Assembly: GCA_029941235.1 (NCBI GenBank)
Contig: JAPYQM010000012.1
Coordinates: 7,071 to 55,886 of the forward strand
From: Myxococcota bacterium
Lineage (GTDB): Bacteria; Myxococcota_A; UBA9160; UBA4427
Direction of reading: 5' to 3'
DNA length: 48,816 nt
Below, piece after piece: positions 41,697 to 48,816 of the stretch. The position numbers were made by a program, and so were the translations under genes. Position 1 is the stretch's first letter. Every line of letters starts with the position of its first letter. The notes beneath the pieces were generated by a model, which made no database searches, was not told the origin of the DNA, and worked only from the letters and a program-made list of their open reading frames with translations.

Positions 41697-42196
41697 CGTG
41701 TCCTTCCGAGCTCGGCCAATCTTTCATCGGGATCCCTCAATTCCTGCAGTCCGGCCATGACGGCATTGACTACGTTTCTCGGATTATTGGTTCCAAGAGT
41801 CTTCGTCAAGATGTCGTGGACACCCGCAGATTCAACGATCGCTCGTACGGGACCCCCTGCAATAACTCCGGTTCCTGGTGAAGCCGGCTTCAGCATTACC
41901 CGGCCAGCACCGAAGCACCCCAAAACTTCGTGGGGAAGAGTCCCATCTACCAGAGGAATTCGAATGAGCGCCTTGCGCGCCTTTTCTACACCCTTCCGAA
42001 TGGCTTCGGGTACTTCTCCTGCTTTCCCAAGGCCCACTCCCACCAGACCATCGCCGTCGCCAACGACTACCAATGCGCTGAAACTGAAGCGTCGACCGCC
42101 CTTTACTACCTTGGAGACACGATTGATGTATACGACGCGATCATTGAGGTCGTGATCGTTCGGATTGATTCGTGAGGATTTGATCAACTGCGCCAT
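41693..42196 (-). CDS. rpsE: 30S ribosomal protein S5
   Basis: The sequence begins MAQLIKS and contains [25 protein letters not shown] at 42196 lies directly after the rplR stop. The track extension overlaps rplR. Confidence 0.96.
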   Translation of the reverse strand: MAQLIKSSRINPNDHDLNDRVVYINRVSKVVKGGRRFSFSALVVVGDGDGLVGVGLGKAGEVPEAIRKGVEKARKALIRIPLVDGTLPHEVLGCFGAGRVMLKPASPGTGVIAGGPVRAIVESAGVHDILTKTLGTNNPRNVVNAVMAGLQELRDPDERLAELGRTR

Positions 42197-42197
42197 A

Positions 42198-42566
42198 TTA
42201 GAACTGAAGCCCCGCTTCTCTGGCCGCCTCTGCCAATGCCTTGACTCGGCCGTGATAGAGGAAGCCATTCCGGTTAAAGACCACTTGGTCGATCTGTTTT
42301 TCCTTTGCGAGGGCTGCCAGAGCGGTTCCTACCTTCTTGGCAGCATCGATATTTCCGGTATTTCCCTCAGAGACTACCGACGGACTGCGAGTCGAAACGC
42401 CACCCAAAGTCTTTCCAGAAAAGGGGTCGAGGATTTGGGCGTAAATGTGCTTCGAACTTCGAAAAACCTTGACCACGGGTCTCTCTGCTCGAGCGAGCGC
42501 CTTGTTGGTCCGCTTTCGGCGCGCATTCCATTTTCGCCGCTTTTCTTCTACGATTGAATTTTTCAT
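42198..42566 (-). CDS. rplR: 50S ribosomal protein L18
   Basis: 122 aa with [17 protein letters not shown] and [26 protein letters not shown]. Confidence 0.96.
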   Translation of the reverse strand: MKNSIVEEKRRKWNARRKRTNKALARAERPVVKVFRSSKHIYAQILDPFSGKTLGGVSTRSPSVVSEGNTGNIDAAKKVGTALAALAKEKQIDQVVFNRNGFLYHGRVKALAEAAREAGLQF

Positions 42567-42573
42567 ATAACCC

Positions 42574-43113
42574 TCAGGCCGCCCCTGTCTTGCCGACCTT
42601 GCGCCGGATGTATTCGCCCTCGTAGCGAATGCCTTTTCCTTTATAGGGTTCGGGCGGCCGGAGTTTTCGGATATCTGCGGAAAACTGCCCCACGGCCTGC
42701 TTGTCCACGCCTCCGATTTTCAGGCGAGTCGTCCCGTTCATCTCGACTGATAGACCTTCCGGAATATCCATCTCCACCGGGTGCGAGAATCCCAAGGTCA
42801 GAATCAACTTTTTTCCCTTCAACTCTGCCCTATATCCAACACCTTCGATCTCCAATGACTTAGAGAATCCCTTGGCGACGCCCAGGACCATATTGTTTGC
42901 CAGCGCCCGGGCCAAGCCATGCTGCGCCCGGGTCTCCTTCTTGTCGTCGCATCGAGTCAGAATTAGTTTTCCATCTTCTACTGCCGCGCTGATCACGGTG
43001 GGCAGCGGGCCTGTAATGCTTCCTTTCGGACCCTTTACTTTGATCTCAGTCTCGCCGAGGGATATATCCACTCCACTCGGGACAGCGATCGGCTTATTTC
43101 CGATTCGAGACAT
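42574..43113 (-). CDS. rplF: 50S ribosomal protein L6
   Basis: The sequence begins [16 protein letters not shown]. 179 aa. Confidence 0.96.
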   Translation of the reverse strand: MSRIGNKPIAVPSGVDISLGETEIKVKGPKGSITGPLPTVISAAVEDGKLILTRCDDKKETRAQHGLARALANNMVLGVAKGFSKSLEIEGVGYRAELKGKKLILTLGFSHPVEMDIPEGLSVEMNGTTRLKIGGVDKQAVGQFSADIRKLRPPEPYKGKGIRYEGEYIRRKVGKTGAA

Positions 43114-43115
43114 TT

Positions 43116-43511
43116 CTACCAGACCTCGCAGAGCACTTCGCCGCCCACCTTCTGTTTGCGAGCATCCCGATCACACATTACTCCGTGCGACGTCGACAAA
43201 ATCGTCATACCCAGTCCGCCACGCACTTCTTTCAAGTCCGATGCGCCCAGATATACCCTTCGCCCCGGTCGACTGACGCGTTGCACGCTATCGATCATGG
43301 CATCTCCGCTTTTGGAATACCGCAGGTCGACCACAAGAATGGGCTTGTTATCATTTTCCTCGATACGAAAGCCACCGACGAACCCTTCTTCGCTGAGAAC
43401 CTTCGCGACGGCCACCTTGAGTTGCGAGGATGAGCATCGCACCTCTGCGTGATTCACGCGGCCAGCGTTCCTGATTCGTGTGAGCATGTCGCCTATCGGG
43501 TCGGTCATCAT
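43116..43511 (-). CDS. rpsH: 30S ribosomal protein S8
   Basis: The sequence begins MMTDPIGDMLTRIRNA. 131 aa. Confidence 0.96.
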   Translation of the reverse strand: MMTDPIGDMLTRIRNAGRVNHAEVRCSSSQLKVAVAKVLSEEGFVGGFRIEENDNKPILVVDLRYSKSGDAMIDSVQRVSRPGRRVYLGASDLKEVRGGLGMTILSTSHGVMCDRDARKQKVGGEVLCEVW

Positions 43512-43523
43512 GATCGTTAATCC

Positions 43524-44066
43524 TTACTGCCGAAAAGGCACACCAAGGTGCCTCAGCAGTGCTCTTCCTTCTGCGTCCGTCGTCGCTGTTGTTACCATCG
43601 TCACGTTCATTCCGGTCGTCCGCTCCACGCTGTCATAGTTCACTTCCGGAAATATCGTTTGATCCTGAATTCCCAGCGTGTAGTTTCCACGGCCGTCAAA
43701 AGCTCGCTCTGAGACACCGCCAAAATCTCGAACCCGAGGAAGGGCGACTGTAAGCAGGCGGTCCAGAAATTCCCACATCCGCGCGCCTCGCAGTGTGACC
43801 TTGGCTCCGATCCCTTGACCCTCTCGGAGCCGAAAGTTTGAAACGCTCTTCTTCGCTCTACGCAGGGCCGGCTTTTGACCGGTAATCACGGTCAATTCCT
43901 CCATCGCCTTGTCGAGCAGTTTGGAGTTTTGTGTCGCTTCTCCGATTCCTACATTGACGACGACCTTCATCACCGAAGGCACCTGATGGGAATTGAGATA
44001 CCCGAACTCGTCCCTGAGCTTGGAGATGATCTCATCGCGATATCGTTGCTGAAGCCGGGGAACCAT
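43524..44066 (-). CDS. rplE: 50S ribosomal protein L5
   Basis: 180 aa with RLQQRY...N.H.VP...KVVVNVG.GEA. Confidence 0.96.
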   Translation of the reverse strand: MVPRLQQRYRDEIISKLRDEFGYLNSHQVPSVMKVVVNVGIGEATQNSKLLDKAMEELTVITGQKPALRRAKKSVSNFRLREGQGIGAKVTLRGARMWEFLDRLLTVALPRVRDFGGVSERAFDGRGNYTLGIQDQTIFPEVNYDSVERTTGMNVTMVTTATTDAEGRALLRHLGVPFRQ

Positions 44067-44435
44067 TTAGAGCACCTCCGGTGCCAAGGAAACAATACGC
44101 ATAAACCCTCGCCCGCGGAGTTCTCGAGCGACGGGGCCGAAAATTCGTGTTCCCACCACTTCTTTATCGTTGCTGAGAAGAACGGCTGCGTTCTCGTCGA
44201 AGAGAATATGCGAACCATCTGAGCGCCCAATTCCCTTCTTGGTCCGCACAATCACTGCTCGGCGAACCTCGCCCTTCCTGACACGCCCGTTCGGAATCGC
44301 CTCCTTCACCGCAACTATGATGATGTCCCCCACAGACGCAAAGCGCCGACGAGATCCGCCAAGCACACGTATGCACTTGACCTTCCGCGCTCCAGAATTG
44401 TCCGCGACAGAGAGTGTCGATTCTGCTTGAATCAT
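44067..44435 (-). CDS. rplN: 50S ribosomal protein L14
   Basis: The sequence begins [25 protein letters not shown]. 122 aa. Confidence 0.97.
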   Translation of the reverse strand: MIQAESTLSVADNSGARKVKCIRVLGGSRRRFASVGDIIIVAVKEAIPNGRVRKGEVRRAVIVRTKKGIGRSDGSHILFDENAAVLLSNDKEVVGTRIFGPVARELRGRGFMRIVSLAPEVL

Positions 44436-44446
44436 TTGCGCTCTTC

Positions 44447-44710
44447 CTAGACCCCGGTAGCCCGGGTAACTGTTTCCTGCACCATCCAGCGTTTTCGCTT
44501 GGACAGTGGGCGATGCTCAATAATCCTGACCTGGTCGCCCGCTTTGCAGTCATTGTTCTCATCATGTGCGACAAAACGGGAGTACCGACGAATATATTTT
44601 TTATATCGCCGATCTTGGACAAGCCGCTCTACGCGCACCACAACGGTTTTATCCATCTTGTCGCTGACCACGGTTCCCACCATGCTTCTCTTATTTCCTC
44701 GCTCGCTCAC
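44447..44710 (-). CDS. rpsQ: 30S ribosomal protein S17
   Basis: 87 aa with [17 protein letters not shown]...H..Y.K. Confidence 0.95.
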   Translation of the reverse strand: MSERGNKRSMVGTVVSDKMDKTVVVRVERLVQDRRYKKYIRRYSRFVAHDENNDCKAGDQVRIIEHRPLSKRKRWMVQETVTRATGV

Positions 44711-44904
44711 TTTTTCGCCTCTTGTTTCTCTAGCAGCGCGGTTTCGACTCGAGCAATCTGTTTGCGAAGCTTCGATAGCTTCGACGTATCTTCCAGCTGC
44801 CCCGTCGCGTGCTTGACCCTCGCATTGAATAATTCATCGCGAACCTCGCGCACTTTCTGCTCCAGCTCTCCCAACGCCAGCTTCCTGATTTCTGCGGCTT
44901 CCAT
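44707..44904 (-). CDS. rpmC: 50S ribosomal protein L29
   Basis: 65 aa with EL...V.E.R.ELF..R.....GQLE. Confidence 0.92.
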   Translation of the reverse strand: MEAAEIRKLALGELEQKVREVRDELFNARVKHATGQLEDTSKLSKLRKQIARVETALLEKQEAKK

Positions 44905-44907
44905 TTT

Positions 44908-45318
44908 TTACTCCTCCCGCACAACAAAGCGGGTGGGAATCGGCAGCTTATGTGCTGCCAGACGAAGGGCCTCTCGAGCGACAGATAGCTCGACCCCTTC
45001 CAATTCATAGAGAACTCTGCCTCGCTTCACAGGCGCGACCCAGGCTTCCGGATTCCCCTTGCCTTTACCCATCCGTGTCTCCGCCGGCTTCTTGCTCACC
45101 GGCTTGTCCGGGAAGAGACGAATCCAGACTTTTCCTCCGCGCTTGATGTGCCGCGTCATCGCAATACGGGCGGCTTCGATTTGCCGCGCGGTGATAAATC
45201 CCGTGCCCATAGCCTGGAGACCGTAGTCCCCAAAAGAAACTTTGTTCCCGCGCCAGGCCTTACCCCGGAGCCGGCCCTTCTGGACCTTCCTGTGTTTTAC
45301 TTTTCGAGGCTGCAACAT
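44908..45318 (-). CDS. rplP: 50S ribosomal protein L16
   Basis: The sequence begins [16 protein letters not shown]. 136 aa. Confidence 0.97.
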   Translation of the reverse strand: MLQPRKVKHRKVQKGRLRGKAWRGNKVSFGDYGLQAMGTGFITARQIEAARIAMTRHIKRGGKVWIRLFPDKPVSKKPAETRMGKGKGNPEAWVAPVKRGRVLYELEGVELSVAREALRLAAHKLPIPTRFVVREE

Positions 45319-45332
45319 CTTGCGCTCTCTCC

Positions 45333-46028
45333 CTACCTGCTCGGACCCGGCCCGGAAACTTCTCCGGGTGCATCGTGGCTCAGCGGCCCTTTACGGAGTT
45401 CCTTGTCGCCCACTTCGCCCTTGAAGATCCAACACTTAACACCGACGCTTCCATAGGTTGTCCGCGCTTCGGCCCTTCCGTACTCAACCTCGGCCCGGAG
45501 GGTATGAAGCGGCACTCGGCCATCGCGGTACCACTCGCGGCGGCCCATGTCTGCGCCTCCAAGTCGGCCCGAGCACTGAATCCGTATTCCTTCAGCGCCG
45601 AACTTCATGGTCGCGATCATCGCCTTCTTCATCGCACGCCTGAAGGCCACTCGCCGCTCCAGTTGCGTAGCAATATTTTCGGCAACCAACTGGGCATCCA
45701 GTTCGGCTTTTCGGATCTCTTTGACGTTTATGAAAATATCCCGGGACGAGAACTTCTTCAGATCATCCCGCAGGACATCGATTTCAGCTCCGCGCTTTCC
45801 GATCAAAATGCCAGGTCGTGCAGTGTGAATGTTCGCCACCAGTTTGTCGCCGGTGCGTTCGATAATCACCTTGGAGATCCCTGCGTGATACAACTTCTTT
45901 TTTATGAAGCTCCGAACGGCGATATCTTCGTGGAGCTGCTCGGCATAGTGCCGTCCAGCATACCAATTCGACTGCCAACCATAGAGCGTGCCGACTCGAA
46001 AGCCGTAGGGATGGACCTTTTGACCCAC
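45333..46028 (-). CDS. rpsC: 30S ribosomal protein S3
   Basis: The sequence begins [13 protein letters not shown]. It has a KH domain and the S3 C-terminal domain. 231 aa. Confidence 0.97.
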   Translation of the reverse strand: MGQKVHPYGFRVGTLYGWQSNWYAGRHYAEQLHEDIAVRSFIKKKLYHAGISKVIIERTGDKLVANIHTARPGILIGKRGAEIDVLRDDLKKFSSRDIFINVKEIRKAELDAQLVAENIATQLERRVAFRRAMKKAMIATMKFGAEGIRIQCSGRLGGADMGRREWYRDGRVPLHTLRAEVEYGRAEARTTYGSVGVKCWIFKGEVGDKELRKGPLSHDAPGEVSGPGPSR

Positions 46029-46049
46029 GTTGTCTCCTCGATCTTTCCG

Positions 46050-46397
46050 CTAGTTATCCGCGAGAACCACAGTAATGTGGCTGGCGCGTTTTTGTATCCA
46101 ATTGGCTCGGCCCTGTGCGCGCGGGCGTATACGCCACATGCTCGGTCCTTCGTCCACAGTAATTTTGCTGACGACCAGGCTGTCGATATCAATGCCCGCT
46201 TTCTTCTCATCATTTCGGTGCTCGGCATTCGCCACTGCTGAACGCAGGAGCTTTTCGATCGCGCCAGCAGACTTCTTCGGCGACAAGGAGAGGAGGTTGA
46301 GTGCTTCCTCTACACCTTTGCCCCTGACTTGATCAGCCACCAGACGAGCTTTGGAAGCACTCACCCGAAAACCGTTTAGCGAAGCCCGAACTTCCAT
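46050..46397 (-). CDS. rplV: 50S ribosomal protein L22
   Basis: 115 aa with [18 protein letters not shown]. Confidence 0.95.
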   Translation of the reverse strand: MEVRASLNGFRVSASKARLVADQVRGKGVEEALNLLSLSPKKSAGAIEKLLRSAVANAEHRNDEKKAGIDIDSLVVSKITVDEGPSMWRIRPRAQGRANWIQKRASHITVVLADN

Positions 46398-46398
46398 A

Positions 46399-46674
46399 TC
46401 AGCGCTTCACCTTCCTATCCGTAGCGTGCCCGGTAAATTTCCGAGTCGGCGCAAATTCGCCAAGGCGGTGCCCAACCATGTTCTCGGTCACGAAGACCGG
46501 CATGAACAGCTTCCCGTTGTGCACATGAAAAGTCATGCCCACGAAATCGGGAGTGATCATTGAACGTCGCGACCACGTCCGAATAACCTGCTTGGAACCG
46601 GCTCCGACCACACGGTCGACCTTCTTTTGGAGACTCGGATCGACAAAGGGACCCTTTTTTAGTGAGCGCGCCAT
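46399..46674 (-). CDS. rpsS: 30S ribosomal protein S19
   Basis: The sequence begins [12 protein letters not shown] and contains HNGK.F.PV.V...[12 protein letters not shown]. Confidence 0.97.
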   Translation of the reverse strand: MARSLKKGPFVDPSLQKKVDRVVGAGSKQVIRTWSRRSMITPDFVGMTFHVHNGKLFMPVFVTENMVGHRLGEFAPTRKFTGHATDRKVKR

Positions 46675-47505
46675 CTATTTCTTTCCTCGCCGCTTGACGA
46701 TGTATTTGTCGGACGCCGAACTCTTGCGTGTCTTCCGCCCCTTCGTCGGTTTACCCCAGGGTGTGCATGGGTGGCGCCCACCGGATGAGCGACCTTCGCC
46801 GCCTCCCATGGGATGATCAACAGGATTCATAGCGACTCCTCGAACGTTTGGACGCAAGCCCTTCCATCTGGATCGACCTGCTTTTCCAACACGCTGATTT
46901 TCGTGCTCCCAATTCCCTACTTGGCCTATCGTGACCATGCATTCAACACGGACCATTCGCGTTTCTCCACTCGGGAGACGCAACGTCGCAAGCTTGCCTT
47001 CGCGGGCCATCAACTGTGCGCTGGTCCCGGCGGACCGGGCCATTTGAGCCCCTTTGCCTGGCTTCAACTCGATGGCATGAACCTGAGTGCCGAGCGGAAC
47101 ATTCGCGATGGGCATTGCATTGCCGGGTTTCATCTCGGCTTCCGCACCAGACACAACCTCATCGCCTATCTTGAGTCCGTTGGGTGCCAGGATATAGCGC
47201 TTCTCCCCGTCGACATAATGGAGCAGTGCGATATTGGCCGAACGGTTTGGGTCGTATTCGACCGAAGCAACTTTGGCCGGAATGCCCGTTTTCTCTCGAC
47301 GGAAATCGATCTTGCGATGACGGCGTTTGTGACCTCCACCACGTTGATAGGCGGTTATTCGACCGTGAACATTACGGCCTCCGGACTTGTTTGCCCGACC
47401 ACCGAGAAGCGAGCGCTCGGGCTTGCCTCGCGTGATTTCTTCGAAGCCAGAGACGCTCATATTCCGCCGCCCCGGACTGGTCGGCTTATAGACTTTCACG
47501 GGCAT
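46675..47505 (-). CDS. rplB: 50S ribosomal protein L2
   Basis: 276 aa with KPTSPGRR and [13 protein letters not shown]. Confidence 0.97.
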   Translation of the reverse strand: MPVKVYKPTSPGRRNMSVSGFEEITRGKPERSLLGGRANKSGGRNVHGRITAYQRGGGHKRRHRKIDFRREKTGIPAKVASVEYDPNRSANIALLHYVDGEKRYILAPNGLKIGDEVVSGAEAEMKPGNAMPIANVPLGTQVHAIELKPGKGAQMARSAGTSAQLMAREGKLATLRLPSGETRMVRVECMVTIGQVGNWEHENQRVGKAGRSRWKGLRPNVRGVAMNPVDHPMGGGEGRSSGGRHPCTPWGKPTKGRKTRKSSASDKYIVKRRGKK

Positions 47506-47509
47506 CCGC

Positions 47510-47797
47510 TCAGACTCCTTCGAAGAACTCGATCGAGTGGCCCTCTGCCAACTCGACTATTGCCTTCTTCCACGCGGGCTTGCGCCCGACAACGCGGCCC
47601 ACTCTGCGTTTCTTACCCTGCTGCCGCATGGTCCTTACATTCGCTACTTGGACATCAAACAACTCTTCGATCGCTTGCTTGATTTCAAGCTTATTGGCTC
47701 GAAGGTCAACCTCAAAGGTCGCCAGATTCTGCTCGTCACGCCCGATCATGCTTTTTTCGGTCTGCAGTGGCCTGCGAATAACCTGATGAACGTTCAT
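47510..47797 (-). CDS. rplW: 50S ribosomal protein L23
   Basis: 95 aa with TEKS......N...F.V...ANK.EIKQA.E..F.V.V..V. Confidence 0.94.
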   Translation of the reverse strand: MNVHQVIRRPLQTEKSMIGRDEQNLATFEVDLRANKLEIKQAIEELFDVQVANVRTMRQQGKKRRVGRVVGRKPAWKKAIVELAEGHSIEFFEGV

Positions 47798-48447
47798 GCC
47801 GTTACCCCCCCTGCAACAGGAGTGCCCAATCGCTCGTGTAGAGCCTCAACTGCCGCTCGGGTGATCAGCACTTTTGGATGCCTTAGAACGTCGTAGACGT
47901 TCAGCCCTTCGACTCGAACGAGTCCCACACGGGGAATATTTCGAACAGAAGCCTCGAGCATCGGTTTTGCATCTTCAATCACCAGCAGCAACGGCGCACC
48001 AGACAGCCCAAGCTTATCAATCGTTTCCACAACGCGCCGAGTCTTGTATTCGTCCAACTCCAACTCATCCACGATGATGATGGAGCCCTCTTGCTGCCAC
48101 TGGGAGAGAGCACTCACCAATGCAGCCCGGCGCATCTTCTTGGGCAGCTTGTGCCCATACTCGCGAGGTACCGGACCAAAGGCAACGCCTCCTCCGGCCC
48201 ACTGAACCGCCCTACGCGTCCCCTGGCGGGCTCGGCCCGTGCCCTTCTGCTTGTGGGGTTTGGCTCCGCCGCCCGAAACAGCGGCGCGATTCTTGGTCGA
48301 ATGCGTCCCGGCATGGCGCAAAGCCAACTGTCGACGGACTTCCGCGTGGTAGAGGTGCGGTCGTACCTTGCCATCGAAGACCGTCGGATCCAACTCCATG
48401 GATCCGGACTTCTTGTTGTCGATCGTAATAATGTCTGCGGTCGCCAT
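47794..48447 (-). CDS. rplD: 50S ribosomal protein L4
   Basis: 217 aa with GGGAKPHKQKGTGRARQGT, the L4 signature. Confidence 0.96.
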   Translation of the reverse strand: MATADIITIDNKKSGSMELDPTVFDGKVRPHLYHAEVRRQLALRHAGTHSTKNRAAVSGGGAKPHKQKGTGRARQGTRRAVQWAGGGVAFGPVPREYGHKLPKKMRRAALVSALSQWQQEGSIIIVDELELDEYKTRRVVETIDKLGLSGAPLLLVIEDAKPMLEASVRNIPRVGLVRVEGLNVYDVLRHPKVLITRAAVEALHERLGTPVAGGVTA

Positions 48448-48449
48448 GA

Positions 48450-48767
48450 TTACAGCTTGATCTCCACGTCCACGCCCGCAGCCAGTTCAAGCTTCATCAA
48501 AGCGTCCACTGTCTGAGCAGTAGGGTCGATAATATCAATCAGCCTTTTGTGCGTTCGCATTTCAAACTGTTCGCGCGACTTCTTGTCGATGTGAGGACCG
48601 CGCAAAACCGTGTACTTGTTGATGTTCGTAGGCAGAGGGATCGGACCCGCAACATTTGCCCCGGTTCGCAGAGCCGTATCCACGATCTCTCCCGCACTCT
48701 GGTCGAGAAGCTTGTAGTCGTATGCCTTCATACGAATCCGAATTTTTTGTGTTGCGTCGTCGGCCAT
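48450..48767 (-). CDS. rpsJ: 30S ribosomal protein S10
   Basis: [11 protein letters not shown]...LD and GPIPLPT....[27 protein letters not shown] chose ATG at 48767, with GAGGA 6 nt upstream, over the track start at 48785. Confidence 0.96.
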   Translation of the reverse strand: MADDATQKIRIRMKAYDYKLLDQSAGEIVDTALRTGANVAGPIPLPTNINKYTVLRGPHIDKKSREQFEMRTHKRLIDIIDPTAQTVDALMKLELAAGVDVEIKL

Positions 48768-48816
48768 TCTTGTCCTCGATTCCAAACTGCCTCGCCCCAG
48801 TAGGGTCCGGTCGCTC

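Noticed and set aside
1-48816. A search for CRISPR repeats, IS or transposase or integrase genes, prophage genes, toxin-antitoxin pairs and defence systems.
   Set aside because: I saw no regularly spaced direct repeats and no ORF with recombinase, nuclease or defence-type motifs. Every sizeable ORF is accounted for by a housekeeping family.

Overview
This is a high-GC bacterial core-genome window, and almost every gene lies on the minus strand. I found no rRNA, tRNA, CRISPR array, transposase, integrase or recognisable defence or toxin genes, so I cannot support a claim of a novel accessory system.

Gene order from left to right:
- rpoZ, a Lys/Ala-rich histone-H1-like gene, and an unlisted 28-aa bS22-like mini-ORF
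- a KH-domain protein gene and mgtE (+)
- a ~1000-aa Nma111/DEG7-type tandem HtrA protease
- thrC, hom, a class-I aminotransferase and an APC permease
- a TauE/SafE gene (+) and hppA (+)
- leuA, recG, and the pyrimidine operon carB-carA-pyrC-pyrB-pyrR
- lepB-lepA-rmlD, a SPOR protein gene, argS, ftsB and a TlpA-like redoxin gene
- the alpha/spc/S10 ribosomal-protein supercluster, from rplQ through to rpsJ

The points most worth a second look:
1. The ribosomal cluster is otherwise canonical but lacks rplC, rplX, rpsN and infA at their conserved slots. The flanking genes are tightly abutted there.
2. A Leu-rich leader peptide with a terminator/antiterminator sits upstream of leuA.
3. A PyrR-binding RNA hairpin sequesters the pyrR Shine-Dalgarno. 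It lies inside what the ORF track shows as an N-terminal extension of pyrR.
4. The bS22-like TTG-start ORF has its own RBS and terminator.
5. The tandem HtrA protease has a eukaryote-type (Nma111/DEG7) architecture.
6. Two long unexplained non-coding stretches lie at 1445-2020 and 2261-2961. The second may be an Mg2+-responsive mgtE leader.

Start codons were re-picked by hand wherever the ORF track over-extends into the upstream gene.
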